A stretch of 64,000 nucleotides of DNA from Vulcanimicrobiota bacterium (GTDB lineage Bacteria > Vulcanimicrobiota > Vulcanimicrobiia > Vulcanimicrobiales > Vulcanimicrobiaceae), in the NCBI GenBank assembly GCA_963695225.1, contig OY968762.1, positions 2,784,001 through 2,848,000 on the forward strand. The letters are read 5' to 3'. Shown piece by piece: positions 9,217 to 19,407 of this stretch (positions are counted from its first letter, which is position 1; every line of letters begins with the position of its first letter). The notes under the pieces were generated by a model. It saw only the letters and a list, made by a program, of their open reading frames with translations, was not told the origin of the DNA and ran no database searches. A program made the translations under genes and the position numbers.

Positions 9217-10900
9217 TCACCTGAAATCTCCCGGCCAGAGATGCAGAGTGCCGGCGGCACACTTGCTGCGATTGTCCAACAAGTCGCCGATGCAGCGATA
9301 GCGCTCGCGGTCGCCCGCTGGTTGAATCGCCGCTTTGACCTCATGCGCGATCGCGCTCGACGGCCCGAGCACGAAGACGTCGCTATAGGCGCTGTGACGT
9401 TTGAGCGCGTCGAGATCGAACTTTGCGGAAGCATCGATTTGGCAGAGATAGCAGCGTGGGCGCAATTGCAGCGCGACTTTGGGATCGAGGTAATTGCTCA
9501 GCGACAACGGGCGCTCCACGAACTCGTCGCTCAATAGGAGCGGGTGATCCGATTGATTGATGGCGCGCGCGACCTCGATCGACCGTTCGCCCCATTTGCT
9601 CCACCAGGTATCCGCATTCGCGCTGACGCCGCACGATGCGGCGCGTGCGACGAGTACACCGGCGAACACCAGCGTCCACGCTCGGCGCTGCGCGCTGCCG
9701 AAGCGCCCCGGCTTCAACGTCGACGCGAAGAGATAGGCCAGCGCGAGATCGATCCCAAGATAAACCGGCATGAAGTAGCGTGGTTGCGTGGTAAACGTGT
9801 TCGCTCGAAACAGGTCCAACAGGAGAAACGGTGCTGCTGCGAAGATCGTCGTTGTCACGATGAACAGCCACGTCACCGTCGGTGCCGTTCGGACCAAACG
9901 ATAAAACGCGTAGCCGATCAGCACGAGAGCCGCGAACGACGTCAGTATTGCGAACGCGTTCCGGCCGGCGAGATTGAAGTCTAAAAAGTTGTGGTCGAGC
10001 AGTCCGGCGAAGTGTGGGATCACCGCGAGCTTCGAGCCGTACCTTTCGTCCGTCAGCCCCATGGCGCGATCGACTGTGTGAAAGTTGCTGTAGAGGATCG
10101 CGACCCACGGCAAGAAGGCGGCACACCCGGCGAGCGTGGCGACGGCTGGCGAAACGAGTGTGCGCAGGCCGGTCCGTTTCGCTCTCCAAGCAACCAGGAT
10201 GTTGCTCGCGGCGAAAACACCTGAGACCGGGTAGACGTACAGGCTCGCGCCGAGCGCGAGCGCATACAGCGCCCAAGCTCGCGCCGACATCAAACGCAGT
10301 GCGCGCAAGAATGTCGCGCTCATGACGATGACGGCGAGGCTCCAGAAGATATACTCGCGGGCTTCTTGCGAATACAGCACGGCGATCGGCGAAACGGCAT
10401 AGAGCGCGGCGCCCAACCACGCCGCGAGCCTCGAGCCGAAAAGCTCGATGCCGAGCCAATACATGAACGGCAGCGCGACTACGCCGGCGATCGCCGACAG
10501 CGTTCGGATCGAGGCCACGGAATCACCGAACAGTTTAACCCAGAGATGCCCGGCGATATAGTACAGCGGCGGATGCTGCGGGTCTTCGACGGCCAGCGAA
10601 TGGATGGTCTCGCCGACGGTCGTCGTCAGCGGCCCTGCGGGGTGCAGTACTGCGCGCAATGCCGACGCGTCGATGATCTGAGCCGAACGTCGAACGACGT
10701 CGGCCTCGGTCACGCCGAGCACGTGGAGCGACGTGTAGGTCTCGTCCTCCCAGTAGACTTTGCGCTCGATGTGATAGAAGCGGAAGAAGACGCCTAGCAG
10801 CACGGCGACGAGGATGCACGCGCTTACTAGGGAGACCTGCGGCCGGCGGCTTGACCGGCGATCAGACGACGTCGCCGGGCCGGCTGCGCGAGCGCTGCGC
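9217..10900 (-). CDS. GT-C membrane glycosyltransferase (family 39/PMT/ArnT-like); start uncertain
   Basis: YWEDETYT, EDPQHPPLYY, YSQEAREY, PRYF and many TM helices. The track's extension to 11169 looks non-coding, and no clean start codon was found. Confidence 0.8.
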
Positions 10901-11010
10901 CCAAGTCGCTGGAGTTGGTGAGCGAAATTGCTGGCGCGAGCCCCGGCGTTCAGGCCGGGGCGTCGTCGTACGACACTCGTTTGGGAAATCGGATCCACGC
11001 TACGGCATTG

Positions 11011-11310
11011 TAACCCGACCGCGTGGCCGAGCCTAGGAACGAGAGTCCCCTTCCGCCGAGACGAAAGTTTGAGGGCGTCGGAGACGCCTAGAAGCGAGTA
11101 GGCGCCGCCGGGCGGCCCGCCGGCGGCAGCCCCCGAGCGGCCGAAGCGTCCCGGGGGCTCGGAGGGCACGTCCCGGGCACGGCTACGCCCGGGTCTGCGT
11201 GGAAACCCAAGCGGGGCACGTGCCCTCCGGGAACTACCGCGTCCTGTGCGTGGACCCCAAGCATTCCGCCGCGGACGCGATCTGCCGCGGCGTGAGGTCC
11301 TGGCCGGTTA
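11011..11310 (+). ncRNA. Candidate structured non-coding RNA/repeat region of unknown class
   Basis: Consecutive perfect stems, a three-way junction, a GAAA tetraloop and a repeated GCGTGG..CC(A/G)AGC motif (see findings). Strand is tentative. Confidence 0.4.
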
Positions 11311-11625
11311 GCGAGAAACCGTCGTTTCGGTTTGGTGGCGCATCAGTTCGGAGGTCATCTCTTCGAACTTGGCAACCGCGGCCGCCAGCCTCGCGGAGGC
11401 GTCTTGTGCGGCGCGTAGCGCGGCCAGATTCGCTTCGTAATCGGTAGCGGGATTGGGGAGCGCGACGACCGGGCGTTCCTCGGGAGGAGCGAGTTGGGCC
11501 TTGAGGTTTTGGACCGCTTCATGCGCGCTTTGGGCGATCTCATGCAGGACGACCACCTGGAAGCTGAGACCTAGGAGGGCGATGAAGACGATCGAGATCA
11601 GGACGCTTAAAACTACGATGGCCAT
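11308..11625 (-). CDS. Small membrane-anchored helical protein
   Basis: N-terminal TM helix followed by coiled-coil-like sequence; AGGAGA RBS upstream. Confidence 0.65.
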   Translation of the reverse strand: MAIVVLSVLISIVFIALLGLSFQVVVLHEIAQSAHEAVQNLKAQLAPPEERPVVALPNPATDYEANLAALRAAQDASARLAAAVAKFEEMTSELMRHQTETTVSR

Positions 11626-11792
11626 GGCGGTCGAGTGCTTCTCCTAGTCTGTAGTGGAGGGCAAGGGTGATGAGGGTCGGGGACCTATGCTAAGTATCGT
11701 TTCGCTGAGTGGATTTCTGAAGCATTCCGCCGGCCCGAGCAGCCCGCCGAAATCGAAGCGGCGTCCGTCAATTGGGCCCTCCATGGCGCCTG

Positions 11793-12395
11793 CTAGCGCC
11801 GCTCCGTCGGATCGTCCGTCGTAGCTTCGGCCGTGAGGCCGATCGTCACGTCGTAGCCGACGAGCAGCACGCCCGCGGGCGTCAGCGTCCCGTCGAGCAT
11901 GCCGAAGTCCCGCCGGTCGACGTGAAATTGCGCGCTGTAACCGGCGCGCGTCCCTTTCCCTTCGGGGATGCGCCCCTCGAGGTGCCCGCGGAAGGAGACG
12001 GGCTTCGTGACGTTCTTGATCGTGAGGTCGCCGGTCACGAGGAAATCGTCCGCCCCGGTGGGCGCGATCTTCGTGGAATGGAACGTCATCGTCGGATAGC
12101 GCGCCACGTCGAAGAAGCTCTCGGAGCGCAGTGCCGTGTCGCGCTCGTGATTGTCCGTGTCCTCGTGCGACACGTCCAAGACGGCGTCGATCCGTTCGGG
12201 GATCGCGCTGCCGGACGGCGTCACGATCGCAAGGGATCGAATCGGAACGTGCCCCCACACCTTTGAGACGACCATGTGCGAGACCGTGAACTCGACGCGC
12301 GAATGCACGAGATCGGGCGCCCAGGAGACCGGGGGCGGGGCCGCCGCGAGGAGCGTCGCGGCGCCGGCTGCGAGGAGAGCGGCGAAGAAGTTCAT
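11793..12395 (-). CDS. YceI family periplasmic lipid/polyisoprenoid-binding protein
   Basis: Signal peptide, HSRVEFTVSHM, RDTALRSESFFDVARYPTMTF, GDLTIKNVTKPV, DRRDFG. Confidence 0.9.
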   Translation of the reverse strand: MNFFAALLAAGAATLLAAAPPPVSWAPDLVHSRVEFTVSHMVVSKVWGHVPIRSLAIVTPSGSAIPERIDAVLDVSHEDTDNHERDTALRSESFFDVARYPTMTFHSTKIAPTGADDFLVTGDLTIKNVTKPVSFRGHLEGRIPEGKGTRAGYSAQFHVDRRDFGMLDGTLTPAGVLLVGYDVTIGLTAEATTDDPTERR

Positions 12396-12411
12396 CCGGT
12401 GAGTCTCCCGG

Positions 12412-15144
12412 CTAGCGGACGTGCACGGTGTAGTTGAACTGGACCGTGCGATAGGGCAGGCCGAATTGCTCCGTCGCCGCCGGGCCGAACTTGGAATAGT
12501 CCGTCGCGTACTGATTCAGCGCGAACGGGACACCTTCGTAGCGCAGGCCTTGGATGCTCGCATCCTGGTTGAACAGGTTCCCTACGCTGACCGAGAGGAC
12601 CGAGTTTCCGTGCGCGACGGCGACGAGCAAGTCGCTGAAGTCATACGCGGGCAAGTGCTTCGTGTTCCCCCCGGAGATCCAGTGATATCCGTAGCGGACC
12701 TCGACCTCTCCGATCGTCTGGTCGAGCGCGGCGTTGAGCTTGTGCAGCGGTACGTTCGGGTTCTGCAATTGCGAGCCGACGATCAGCGTCGGGTTCTGTT
12801 CGAGTAGGAGATCGGGTGCCGAGAGCAGCGCCGTCGAATCGAGCGCCCAATCGTAATCGACGAACGTCCGCTTCGCGAAGCGGGTGCGCCCGGAGAACAT
12901 GAGGCCTCGGGCGCGCAATTGCCCGATGTTCAGCCACCCGTTCAAGGCGGGCTGCGCGACGCCGGGCGCGCAACCGTTGCTCTGCGCGAGGCTCGCGAGC
13001 GTGGCCGTCGTCTGCGCGAGATATGCCGGGTCGATGAACGACGTCCCGGTCCGGCCGAGCGGAAACAGCGCGTTGTAGAGCTTGTCGAACACGTTCACGT
13101 TGTACAGGACGATCTGGGCCTGCGTATCGCCGCGGAAGCGGTGTCCGTAGGCCAACTCGGCATCGACGCCGCGCTCGGGCTTCAGCGCGGAAGAGGGCAC
13201 GTTGCCGATCGAGTTCAGGCCGCAGGTGAACGCGGTGCCGCCGCCCGCTCCGTTGTTGAACGACGGAACGAACGGTTGACCGATCATGTCGCCGGACGGC
13301 TGCGTCGTCGTGGCGCCGGCGGAGGCGCGGATCAGATCGCGCGAGCTCGCCGAGTACGCGATCGAGAGGCGCGGATCGACGTAGGACGACTTCGTCGCGC
13401 TCGCCTGCATGAGGCGCACGTCCGCGAACGCGCGCAGCGGAGAGTCGTGCGGGTGATAGGCGTCGTGCAGGATGAAACCCGTCTCGCGAACGATCGGCGC
13501 GCCGACCGCGGCCGAATAGGGGTTGTACGTGGCGAACTTCAGGTTGTAGGCGAGGTTCAGGTACGTGTAGCCGATGCCGAGATCGTTGTTCGCGCCGAGC
13601 AGCGTATCGGTGACGGTCGCGCCCGTTTCGATTTCGTTCCAGTTGACGGTAAAGGCCCCCGGCGTTCCGGCGGGGAGCGCGTCGGCGCGGCTGATCGTGT
13701 TCAGATAGCGATCCGTGAAGACGTCGGCGCGCACGTCGTGCCGCCCCGGCGTCGATTCGAAGCCGAGATGATAATCGTTCAAGTTGAACGATTGCCACGC
13801 CGGCCCCGCCCCTTGGAAACCGGCATTCGCCGCGGCGTAGGAGGCGGGCGTTTGGCAGAGGCTCCCGCCGTCCGGCAAACCGTTCGGCCCCGTCCCGTAC
13901 GGGACGCCGTTCGCGTTCGTCCCGGGGAATTGGCCCTGCGGACAGGGGTTCGGCGTGGTCGCCGCCGCTGCGTTCGCTTGCGCGAGTTGTTGGTTGCCTT
14001 GAGCGAGCGCCGTCCCGTAATCGAGATAGTCGCCGTCGCCGTTTCCGGTCTTATCGTTCCAATACGTCCCGGCAAGCGCGGTGAACGTGAGGCGGCCGGC
14101 GGGCCCCAGATCGTAACGCAGCTTCGCGAGCCCGCTGTGCGAAACGGCCGACGAGTCGTCGCGATAGACGCCGAGCGCCCACACGGGCGATCCGGCCGGC
14201 GCCGCGACGTCGTACGCCGCGCCGGGTTGATAGAAGGCCGAATCGTGGATCGGGCCGTCGAGCCCCGAGGCTCCATAGGCGAATGCGTAAGCGAAGCGCC
14301 CGCCCGAACCGCTCGCTTGCAGCGCGCTCGCGGCTTTGTCGAACGTCCCGTAACCTTGCGTGAACGAGAACCGTCGGTCTTGCGTCGGCTCGAGCGTTTG
14401 GAAATCGATAATGCCCCCGATCGCGCTCTGCCCGACGACGTTGCTCCCGGAACCGTACGTGACGCCGATGCTGCGGAACGGGAAGACCGGCGAGACCTGA
14501 TAGTTGTAACCCCCGGGGAAACCATACGCGATCGGATGCCCGTCCAGCATTGCGGTCGTCTCGAGCGTTCCGATGCCGCGCAGGTTCAGTTGGAGATCGT
14601 CTCCGAGGGCCGCGGTGTCGCCGTTGATCCCGTTGTTGATGCCGGGGAGCAAACGTAACGCATCGCCCGCGCGGTAGACGCCCGCGGCGGCCAGCACCTC
14701 CGTCGAGAGCGTTCGCGTCGTCGTGCTCGACCGTTGCAACGCGTCGCCGCTCTTGACCGAGGTGCGGCCGATGACCGTCAGCTCCCGCGCCGCCGGTGCG
14801 GCGGCAAGCGCGAGCGTCACGGTCGCGGCGGAGCCCGCGGTCAGTGCGATCGTGTCGGATTCCGCCGGCTGGTATCCGCTCCGCGCGACCCGCAGTTGAT
14901 AGAGACCCGGCTGCAGGCTGCTAAGCCGAAACTCGCCGCGGGCGTCGCTCGTGACGGTGACGTCGCGATCGATGACGGCAACCGTCGCATCGGTGAGGGC
15001 GAGCCCCGTTTGGGCGTCGACGATCAGCCCGTCGATTTCGGAGAGCGCGGCGGCGGTCTGCGCGAAAGCCGGCGCCGCGAGGGCGAAGGCGAACGCTAAC
15101 GAGACCGTCGCCGCGAACGTGCGTCGCGCGCGCGTCAGGGTCAT
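12412..15144 (-). CDS. TonB-dependent receptor with N-terminal carboxypeptidase-regulatory-like domain
   Basis: Signal peptide, G.IVDAQTG..L..ATV...SDARGEF...L.PG.Y domain, plug (ALRLLPGI, NLRG, LDGHPI), LKPERG, NLFN and a terminal beta strand. Confidence 0.85.
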   Translation of the reverse strand: MTLTRARRTFAATVSLAFAFALAAPAFAQTAAALSEIDGLIVDAQTGLALTDATVAVIDRDVTVTSDARGEFRLSSLQPGLYQLRVARSGYQPAESDTIALTAGSAATVTLALAAAPAARELTVIGRTSVKSGDALQRSSTTTRTLSTEVLAAAGVYRAGDALRLLPGINNGINGDTAALGDDLQLNLRGIGTLETTAMLDGHPIAYGFPGGYNYQVSPVFPFRSIGVTYGSGSNVVGQSAIGGIIDFQTLEPTQDRRFSFTQGYGTFDKAASALQASGSGGRFAYAFAYGASGLDGPIHDSAFYQPGAAYDVAAPAGSPVWALGVYRDDSSAVSHSGLAKLRYDLGPAGRLTFTALAGTYWNDKTGNGDGDYLDYGTALAQGNQQLAQANAAAATTPNPCPQGQFPGTNANGVPYGTGPNGLPDGGSLCQTPASYAAANAGFQGAGPAWQSFNLNDYHLGFESTPGRHDVRADVFTDRYLNTISRADALPAGTPGAFTVNWNEIETGATVTDTLLGANNDLGIGYTYLNLAYNLKFATYNPYSAAVGAPIVRETGFILHDAYHPHDSPLRAFADVRLMQASATKSSYVDPRLSIAYSASSRDLIRASAGATTTQPSGDMIGQPFVPSFNNGAGGGTAFTCGLNSIGNVPSSALKPERGVDAELAYGHRFRGDTQAQIVLYNVNVFDKLYNALFPLGRTGTSFIDPAYLAQTTATLASLAQSNGCAPGVAQPALNGWLNIGQLRARGLMFSGRTRFAKRTFVDYDWALDSTALLSAPDLLLEQNPTLIVGSQLQNPNVPLHKLNAALDQTIGEVEVRYGYHWISGGNTKHLPAYDFSDLLVAVAHGNSVLSVSVGNLFNQDASIQGLRYEGVPFALNQYATDYSKFGPAATEQFGLPYRTVQFNYTVHVR

Positions 15145-15164
15145 CGAGAAGCTCCTACGGCGTT

Positions 15165-16592
15165 CTACTTATCGTCGTCGACCGGCGTGCCGGGCGGCGT
15201 GTGGATCGTCGTCTTCGAGGTCGCGACTTGGCGCTGGAAGTCTTGCACCAAGAGGCCGGCGATCGGCGGAATCGGTTTCTGGTTGTAATTGAACATGCCG
15301 GTGAGGTCGCCGGTGTTGAGATCCGCGGACTCGGCGTCCTGTTCGCCGAGCGACCCCAGACTGAAGTTGTCCTCGATGAATCGCACGATGCTGCCGAACG
15401 TGAACGGCACGTGCGAGACGAAGACCGGAGCGGCCGACGGATGGTTCGCATACGGGGAGATGACGATCAACGGAACGCGGAAGCCGTACGGCCGCCCCGT
15501 CTGCGGGTCGGTCGGCGGCACGACGTGATCGGCCCAGCCGCCCGAATCGTCCCAGGTCAGCACGATCGCCGAATTATTGAGATACTGGCAATTCGGGATG
15601 GTGTTGTACTTCGTCTGCAGCCACTGCAGGTAGAGCTGGCCGACCCAACCGGGGCCGCCTGCGGAGAGCGTCCCCGAGTGATCCGACGAGAGCGCCGGCG
15701 CGTTGACGAACGCGACCGAGGGGAGCGTGCAGTTTTGCAGATCGGTCGAGATTGCGTCGGGCGGGCTCACGACGTGCGATCCGAAATCGGGGCCGTAGCG
15801 CAGATGCCGGATCGCGCCGACGGCGTCGATGTTCCCGTCTTGCGTTCCGGGCGTTCCGGTGTAGTAGCGCCAGGAAACGCCCTTTGCGTCCAGCAGATCG
15901 CCGACGGTTCGATAGTCGTAGCACGGGAAGGCGCCCGGTCCCGCCGTGTTGTTCGGCCCGAACGTCGGGGCGAGCGCGTTTGCCGGCGCATCGCAGCCCC
16001 ACACGGAGGTCTGCGGATTGTCCGCCGCACCCGATTGCCCGGCGAAGATGAACTGGTGGCCGGGGAACGAGGCGGTCAGCCCCGAGGAAAACATCCGGTC
16101 GGCCGTCGCGTACGTCGCCGCGAGCGTGCTGTAGATGATCGTCTCGTTCGGCGGAACGTACGTCGTCGCAAAGCCTGGAATCGTGACCGGCGTAGAGCTG
16201 CCGAATTGGTACACCGGATCCAGGGCGAAGCCGTCGAGTTTGCCGTTATCCCATTCGGCGACGAGTTGCTGATAGGAGTGCCCCGGATCGATCGGGCTCG
16301 CAAGGCTTTGCCATGCGGCCGAACTCGTCGCTCCGGGGCAGTTCAGATCCATGCCGGGGAACGGCGTCCCCGCGAGCGACGGATTCACCAGCGCCGGGAA
16401 CGCGGTGCAGAAGAGATTGTCCGGCGTCCGGTTCTCCATCGTCACGACGATGATGTGGGCGATCGGACTGCCCGATATCTGCTGCCCGGCGGCCTGCAAC
16501 GGCGCCGGAGTGTACGACGTCGAGGATCCGCCGCAACCGGAGAGGACGGCACTGACGGCCCCCAGCATTATGGCAAGGCCCGCCTTCGACAT
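15165..16592 (-). CDS. Phosphoesterase (phospholipase C/acid phosphatase family) lipoprotein
   Basis: Lipobox LSGC, IAHIIVVTMENRTPDNLF, ASFPGH, TWDDSGGWADHV, GFRVPLIVISPY. Confidence 0.9.
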   Translation of the reverse strand: MSKAGLAIMLGAVSAVLSGCGGSSTSYTPAPLQAAGQQISGSPIAHIIVVTMENRTPDNLFCTAFPALVNPSLAGTPFPGMDLNCPGATSSAAWQSLASPIDPGHSYQQLVAEWDNGKLDGFALDPVYQFGSSTPVTIPGFATTYVPPNETIIYSTLAATYATADRMFSSGLTASFPGHQFIFAGQSGAADNPQTSVWGCDAPANALAPTFGPNNTAGPGAFPCYDYRTVGDLLDAKGVSWRYYTGTPGTQDGNIDAVGAIRHLRYGPDFGSHVVSPPDAISTDLQNCTLPSVAFVNAPALSSDHSGTLSAGGPGWVGQLYLQWLQTKYNTIPNCQYLNNSAIVLTWDDSGGWADHVVPPTDPQTGRPYGFRVPLIVISPYANHPSAAPVFVSHVPFTFGSIVRFIEDNFSLGSLGEQDAESADLNTGDLTGMFNYNQKPIPPIAGLLVQDFQRQVATSKTTIHTPPGTPVDDDK

Positions 16593-16739
16593 GAAGCGCA
16601 CGCTCTGTACTCCTTCTCGAAAGAGCGTACAGGCGGTAAGCTAAGATGGCCTTAAAGCGCTGCGGCGGCGCTTAATCTTCGGTGCGCGGCCGTCCGCGCC
16701 GTCCGGGAGAGGACCTCCCCCGAAAGGATCGCATCGCAC

Positions 16740-17525
16740 GTGTCGACCGAACGCACCTGGCCGCACGCAGATATCGCGGCCGACCTGGCCGAACTGCGCC
16801 GCCTCGCCCCGTTGACGCATTGCATGACGAACATTGTCGCGGCGAACTTCACGGCGAACGTCCTGCTCGCCGCGGGCGCCTCGCCTGCGATGATCAACGC
16901 GATCGAAGAGGTGACGGAGTTCGTCGCGATCGCCCAAGGCCTGTTGGTGAACGTCGGCACGGTCACAGGGCCCGACGCGACGGCGATGCTGGAGGCCGCG
17001 CGCGCCGCCCGCGCCGCGAAGACGCCGTGGGTGCTCGATCCCGTCGCCGCGGGAGCGCTCCGTTTCCGCACGGGCGTCGCGACGGAACTCCTGCGCCACC
17101 ATCCGGCGATCGTCCGCGGGAATGCGTCGGAGATCCTGGCGCTCGCGGGAGCGTCCGGCGGCGGAAAAGGCGTCGATTCGACCGCCGCCTCCGCCGACGC
17201 GCTGCCCTCGGCGCGCGCGTTCGCCGAGCGCACCGGGGCCGTCGTCGCCGTCAGCGGCGTCGTCGATTTCGTCACGAACGGCATCGAGGTCTTCGAGATC
17301 CCGGGCGGCGACGCGCTTATGACGAAGGTGACCGGCGTCGGTTGCGCGCTTGGCGCGCTGATGGCGGCGATGCTCGGCGCGTGCGAGACGCCGTTGCGCG
17401 CGGCCGTCTCCGCTTCCGCGCTCTTCGCAGCCGCCGGCGCGCGCGCGGCGAAGGGCGCGCGCGGCCCCGGGAGTTTCGCGCCCGCGTTCCTCGACGAACT
17501 TTCGTCGCTCGGCCGCGACGCATAG
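16740..17525 (+). CDS. thiM: Hydroxyethylthiazole kinase
   Basis: [56 protein letters not shown]. Confidence 0.93.
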   Translation: MSTERTWPHADIAADLAELRRLAPLTHCMTNIVAANFTANVLLAAGASPAMINAIEEVTEFVAIAQGLLVNVGTVTGPDATAMLEAARAARAAKTPWVLDPVAAGALRFRTGVATELLRHHPAIVRGNASEILALAGASGGGKGVDSTAASADALPSARAFAERTGAVVAVSGVVDFVTNGIEVFEIPGGDALMTKVTGVGCALGALMAAMLGACETPLRAAVSASALFAAAGARAAKGARGPGSFAPAFLDELSSLGRDA

Positions 17526-17601
17526 CGCGGACCCGCACTCGCCCACGTTTCGCGCCGCCTCGACTTCGGCATAGCATAGCTATACGGATGAAGGAGATTC
17601 C

Positions 17602-18036
17602 ATGAGATTGCGGTTCATCGACGTGCTCCGGTGCCTCGCGTTCGGAACGGGCGCTTTCGCCATATCCGCTTGCGGCGGCGGCAGCACGACGCCGTCGGTC
17701 AACGCGTGTTACCCGGGCGTCGCGAGCGCCATCGTGACTCCCGCGAACGGCAGCTACGCGCCCGGCACGGGCCAAATCGTCATCGCGCTGGAAGCACGGA
17801 GCGACCTGCTCGGGAACAGTTGGGACCTCATCCTAAGGGACAACCTCGGAAGCCGCATCGAGACGAGCGCCCTCACGCTCATCGACGGCTCGTCGCTGCC
17901 GCATCCGTTCCCCGACACCGACTACTTCTACTCGACGACCGTCTCCGGCTTGCCCTCCGGCCGCGCGTGGAACATCTACCTGAACCAGTTCACCTCGACG
18001 TGCACGTCCCAGTACATCTCCACGTTCTCGAACTGA
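17602..18036 (+). CDS. Hypothetical lipoprotein
   Basis: AAGGAG RBS, lipobox ISACGGG, GC3-rich codons. Confidence 0.75.
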   Translation: MRLRFIDVLRCLAFGTGAFAISACGGGSTTPSVNACYPGVASAIVTPANGSYAPGTGQIVIALEARSDLLGNSWDLILRDNLGSRIETSALTLIDGSSLPHPFPDTDYFYSTTVSGLPSGRAWNIYLNQFTSTCTSQYISTFSN

Positions 18037-18040
18037 GCCG

Positions 18041-19318
18041 CTAAGGAGCGGCTTCGATCCGCTCGAACCCGCAGAACGGAACGAGCGCGGCCGGGACGCA
18101 CACGCTCCCGTCCGCCTGCTGGTGGTTTTCCAAGACCGCTACGAGCGCGCGCCCGACCGCGAGCCCCGAGCCGTTGAGCGTGTGCACGAACTCCGGCTTC
18201 GCTTTCGCATCCCGCCGGAAGCGGATCGCCGAGCGGCGCGCTTGGAAATCCGTGCAGTTCGAACACGAGCTGATCTCGCGGTACGTCTGTTGCCCCGGCA
18301 GCCAAACCTCGAGATCGTACGTCTTCGCCGCGTTGAAGCCGACGTCGCCGGCGCAGAGCGCCATCACGCGATACGGCAGTTCGAGTTCGGCGAGCAGCGC
18401 CTCGGCGTCCGCCGTCAGGCGCTCGAGCGCTTCGAACGAACGCTCGGGCGCGGTGAGCCAAACGAGCTCGACCTTCTCGAACTGATGCTGGCGGATCAGC
18501 CCGCGCGTATCCTTACCGGCCGCGCCCGCCTCTTTCCGAAAGCACGGAGAGAAAGCCGTGTATTGCAGCGGCAGCGATTCCGCCGCGAGGATCTCGTCGC
18601 GATGCAGCGCCGTCAACGGGACTTCGGCGGTGGGGATCATGAACAGATCGGCGTCGCCGTCGCGGAACATCGCGTCGGCGAATTTCGTCAGTTGCCCGGT
18701 CGCCCACATCGTCTCGCGCGTCACCAGGAGCGGCGGCGCGATCTCGACGTAGCCGCGTTGCGCGGCGCGGTCGAGGAAGAACGCCGCGAGCGCGCGCGCG
18801 AGCCGCGCGCCCTTCCCGCGCAGGACGGTGAAGCGGCTCCCCGAGAGCTTCGCCGCGCGCTCGAAATCGAGGATCCCGAGCCCTTCGCCGAGCTCCCAGT
18901 GCTGCTTCGGCGTAAAATCGAAGGCGGCGGGGGCGCCCGAGTTGCGAACTTCGACGTTGTCGTCGTCGCCCGCGCCGTCGGGAACCGTCTCGTCGAGCAG
19001 GTTCGGGACGTCCCCCAAGATCTCGTCGATCCGCGCTTCGAGCGGCGGCACTTCCGCTTGCGCGCGCGCGATGCGCGCGTCGAGTTCGGCGATCTGCGGA
19101 CGCAGGCGCTGCGCCTCGGCGGCGCGGTCGGCGGCCTTGGAAATCGAAGCGGTGAGGCCGTTCTTCTCGGCCTTGAGCCGCTCGCTCTCGGTGCGGGCGG
19201 CGCGCAGCGCTTTGTCGAGGTCGAGCACGCGATCGACGAATCCGGCGCCTGCAGGGCGGCGCGCCGCCGCGCTGCGCACTCGCTCGGGATCGCGGCGCAA
19301 TAATCCGATGTCTAACAT
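18041..19318 (-). CDS. serS: Serine--tRNA ligase
   Basis: MLDI, IPTAEVPL, FRKEAG..GKDTRGLIRQHQFEKVE, REISSCSNCTDFQARR, HTLNGSGLAVGR. Confidence 0.98.
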   Translation of the reverse strand: MLDIGLLRRDPERVRSAAARRPAGAGFVDRVLDLDKALRAARTESERLKAEKNGLTASISKAADRAAEAQRLRPQIAELDARIARAQAEVPPLEARIDEILGDVPNLLDETVPDGAGDDDNVEVRNSGAPAAFDFTPKQHWELGEGLGILDFERAAKLSGSRFTVLRGKGARLARALAAFFLDRAAQRGYVEIAPPLLVTRETMWATGQLTKFADAMFRDGDADLFMIPTAEVPLTALHRDEILAAESLPLQYTAFSPCFRKEAGAAGKDTRGLIRQHQFEKVELVWLTAPERSFEALERLTADAEALLAELELPYRVMALCAGDVGFNAAKTYDLEVWLPGQQTYREISSCSNCTDFQARRSAIRFRRDAKAKPEFVHTLNGSGLAVGRALVAVLENHQQADGSVCVPAALVPFCGFERIEAAP

Positions 19319-19407
19319 TACCGTTCACATTTGCCGCGCGCGCGCGTTCTCCGCGCGCCCTGGGCGAGCGGGGCCCACGGCCCGGCGGCGAAAGGTTCCC
19401 GGCCCTC

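Noticed and set aside
11030..11310. RNase P, SRP or CsrB identity for the structured region
   Set aside because: Lacks GAGGAAAGTCC/AACCCGGCTTA and the SRP helix-8 motif; the number of GGA triplets is not clearly above chance.
12919..14658. Long antisense and alternate-frame ORFs here and throughout (e.g. 21380-24610, 27797-29695, 55346-57721)
   Set aside because: Shadow ORFs expected at very high GC; Arg/Ala-rich, motif-free, and overlapping well-supported genes.
16600..16740. Possible TPP riboswitch upstream of thiM
   Set aside because: No CTGAGA or ACCTG...TAAT...GCG.AGG core; only a short hairpin.
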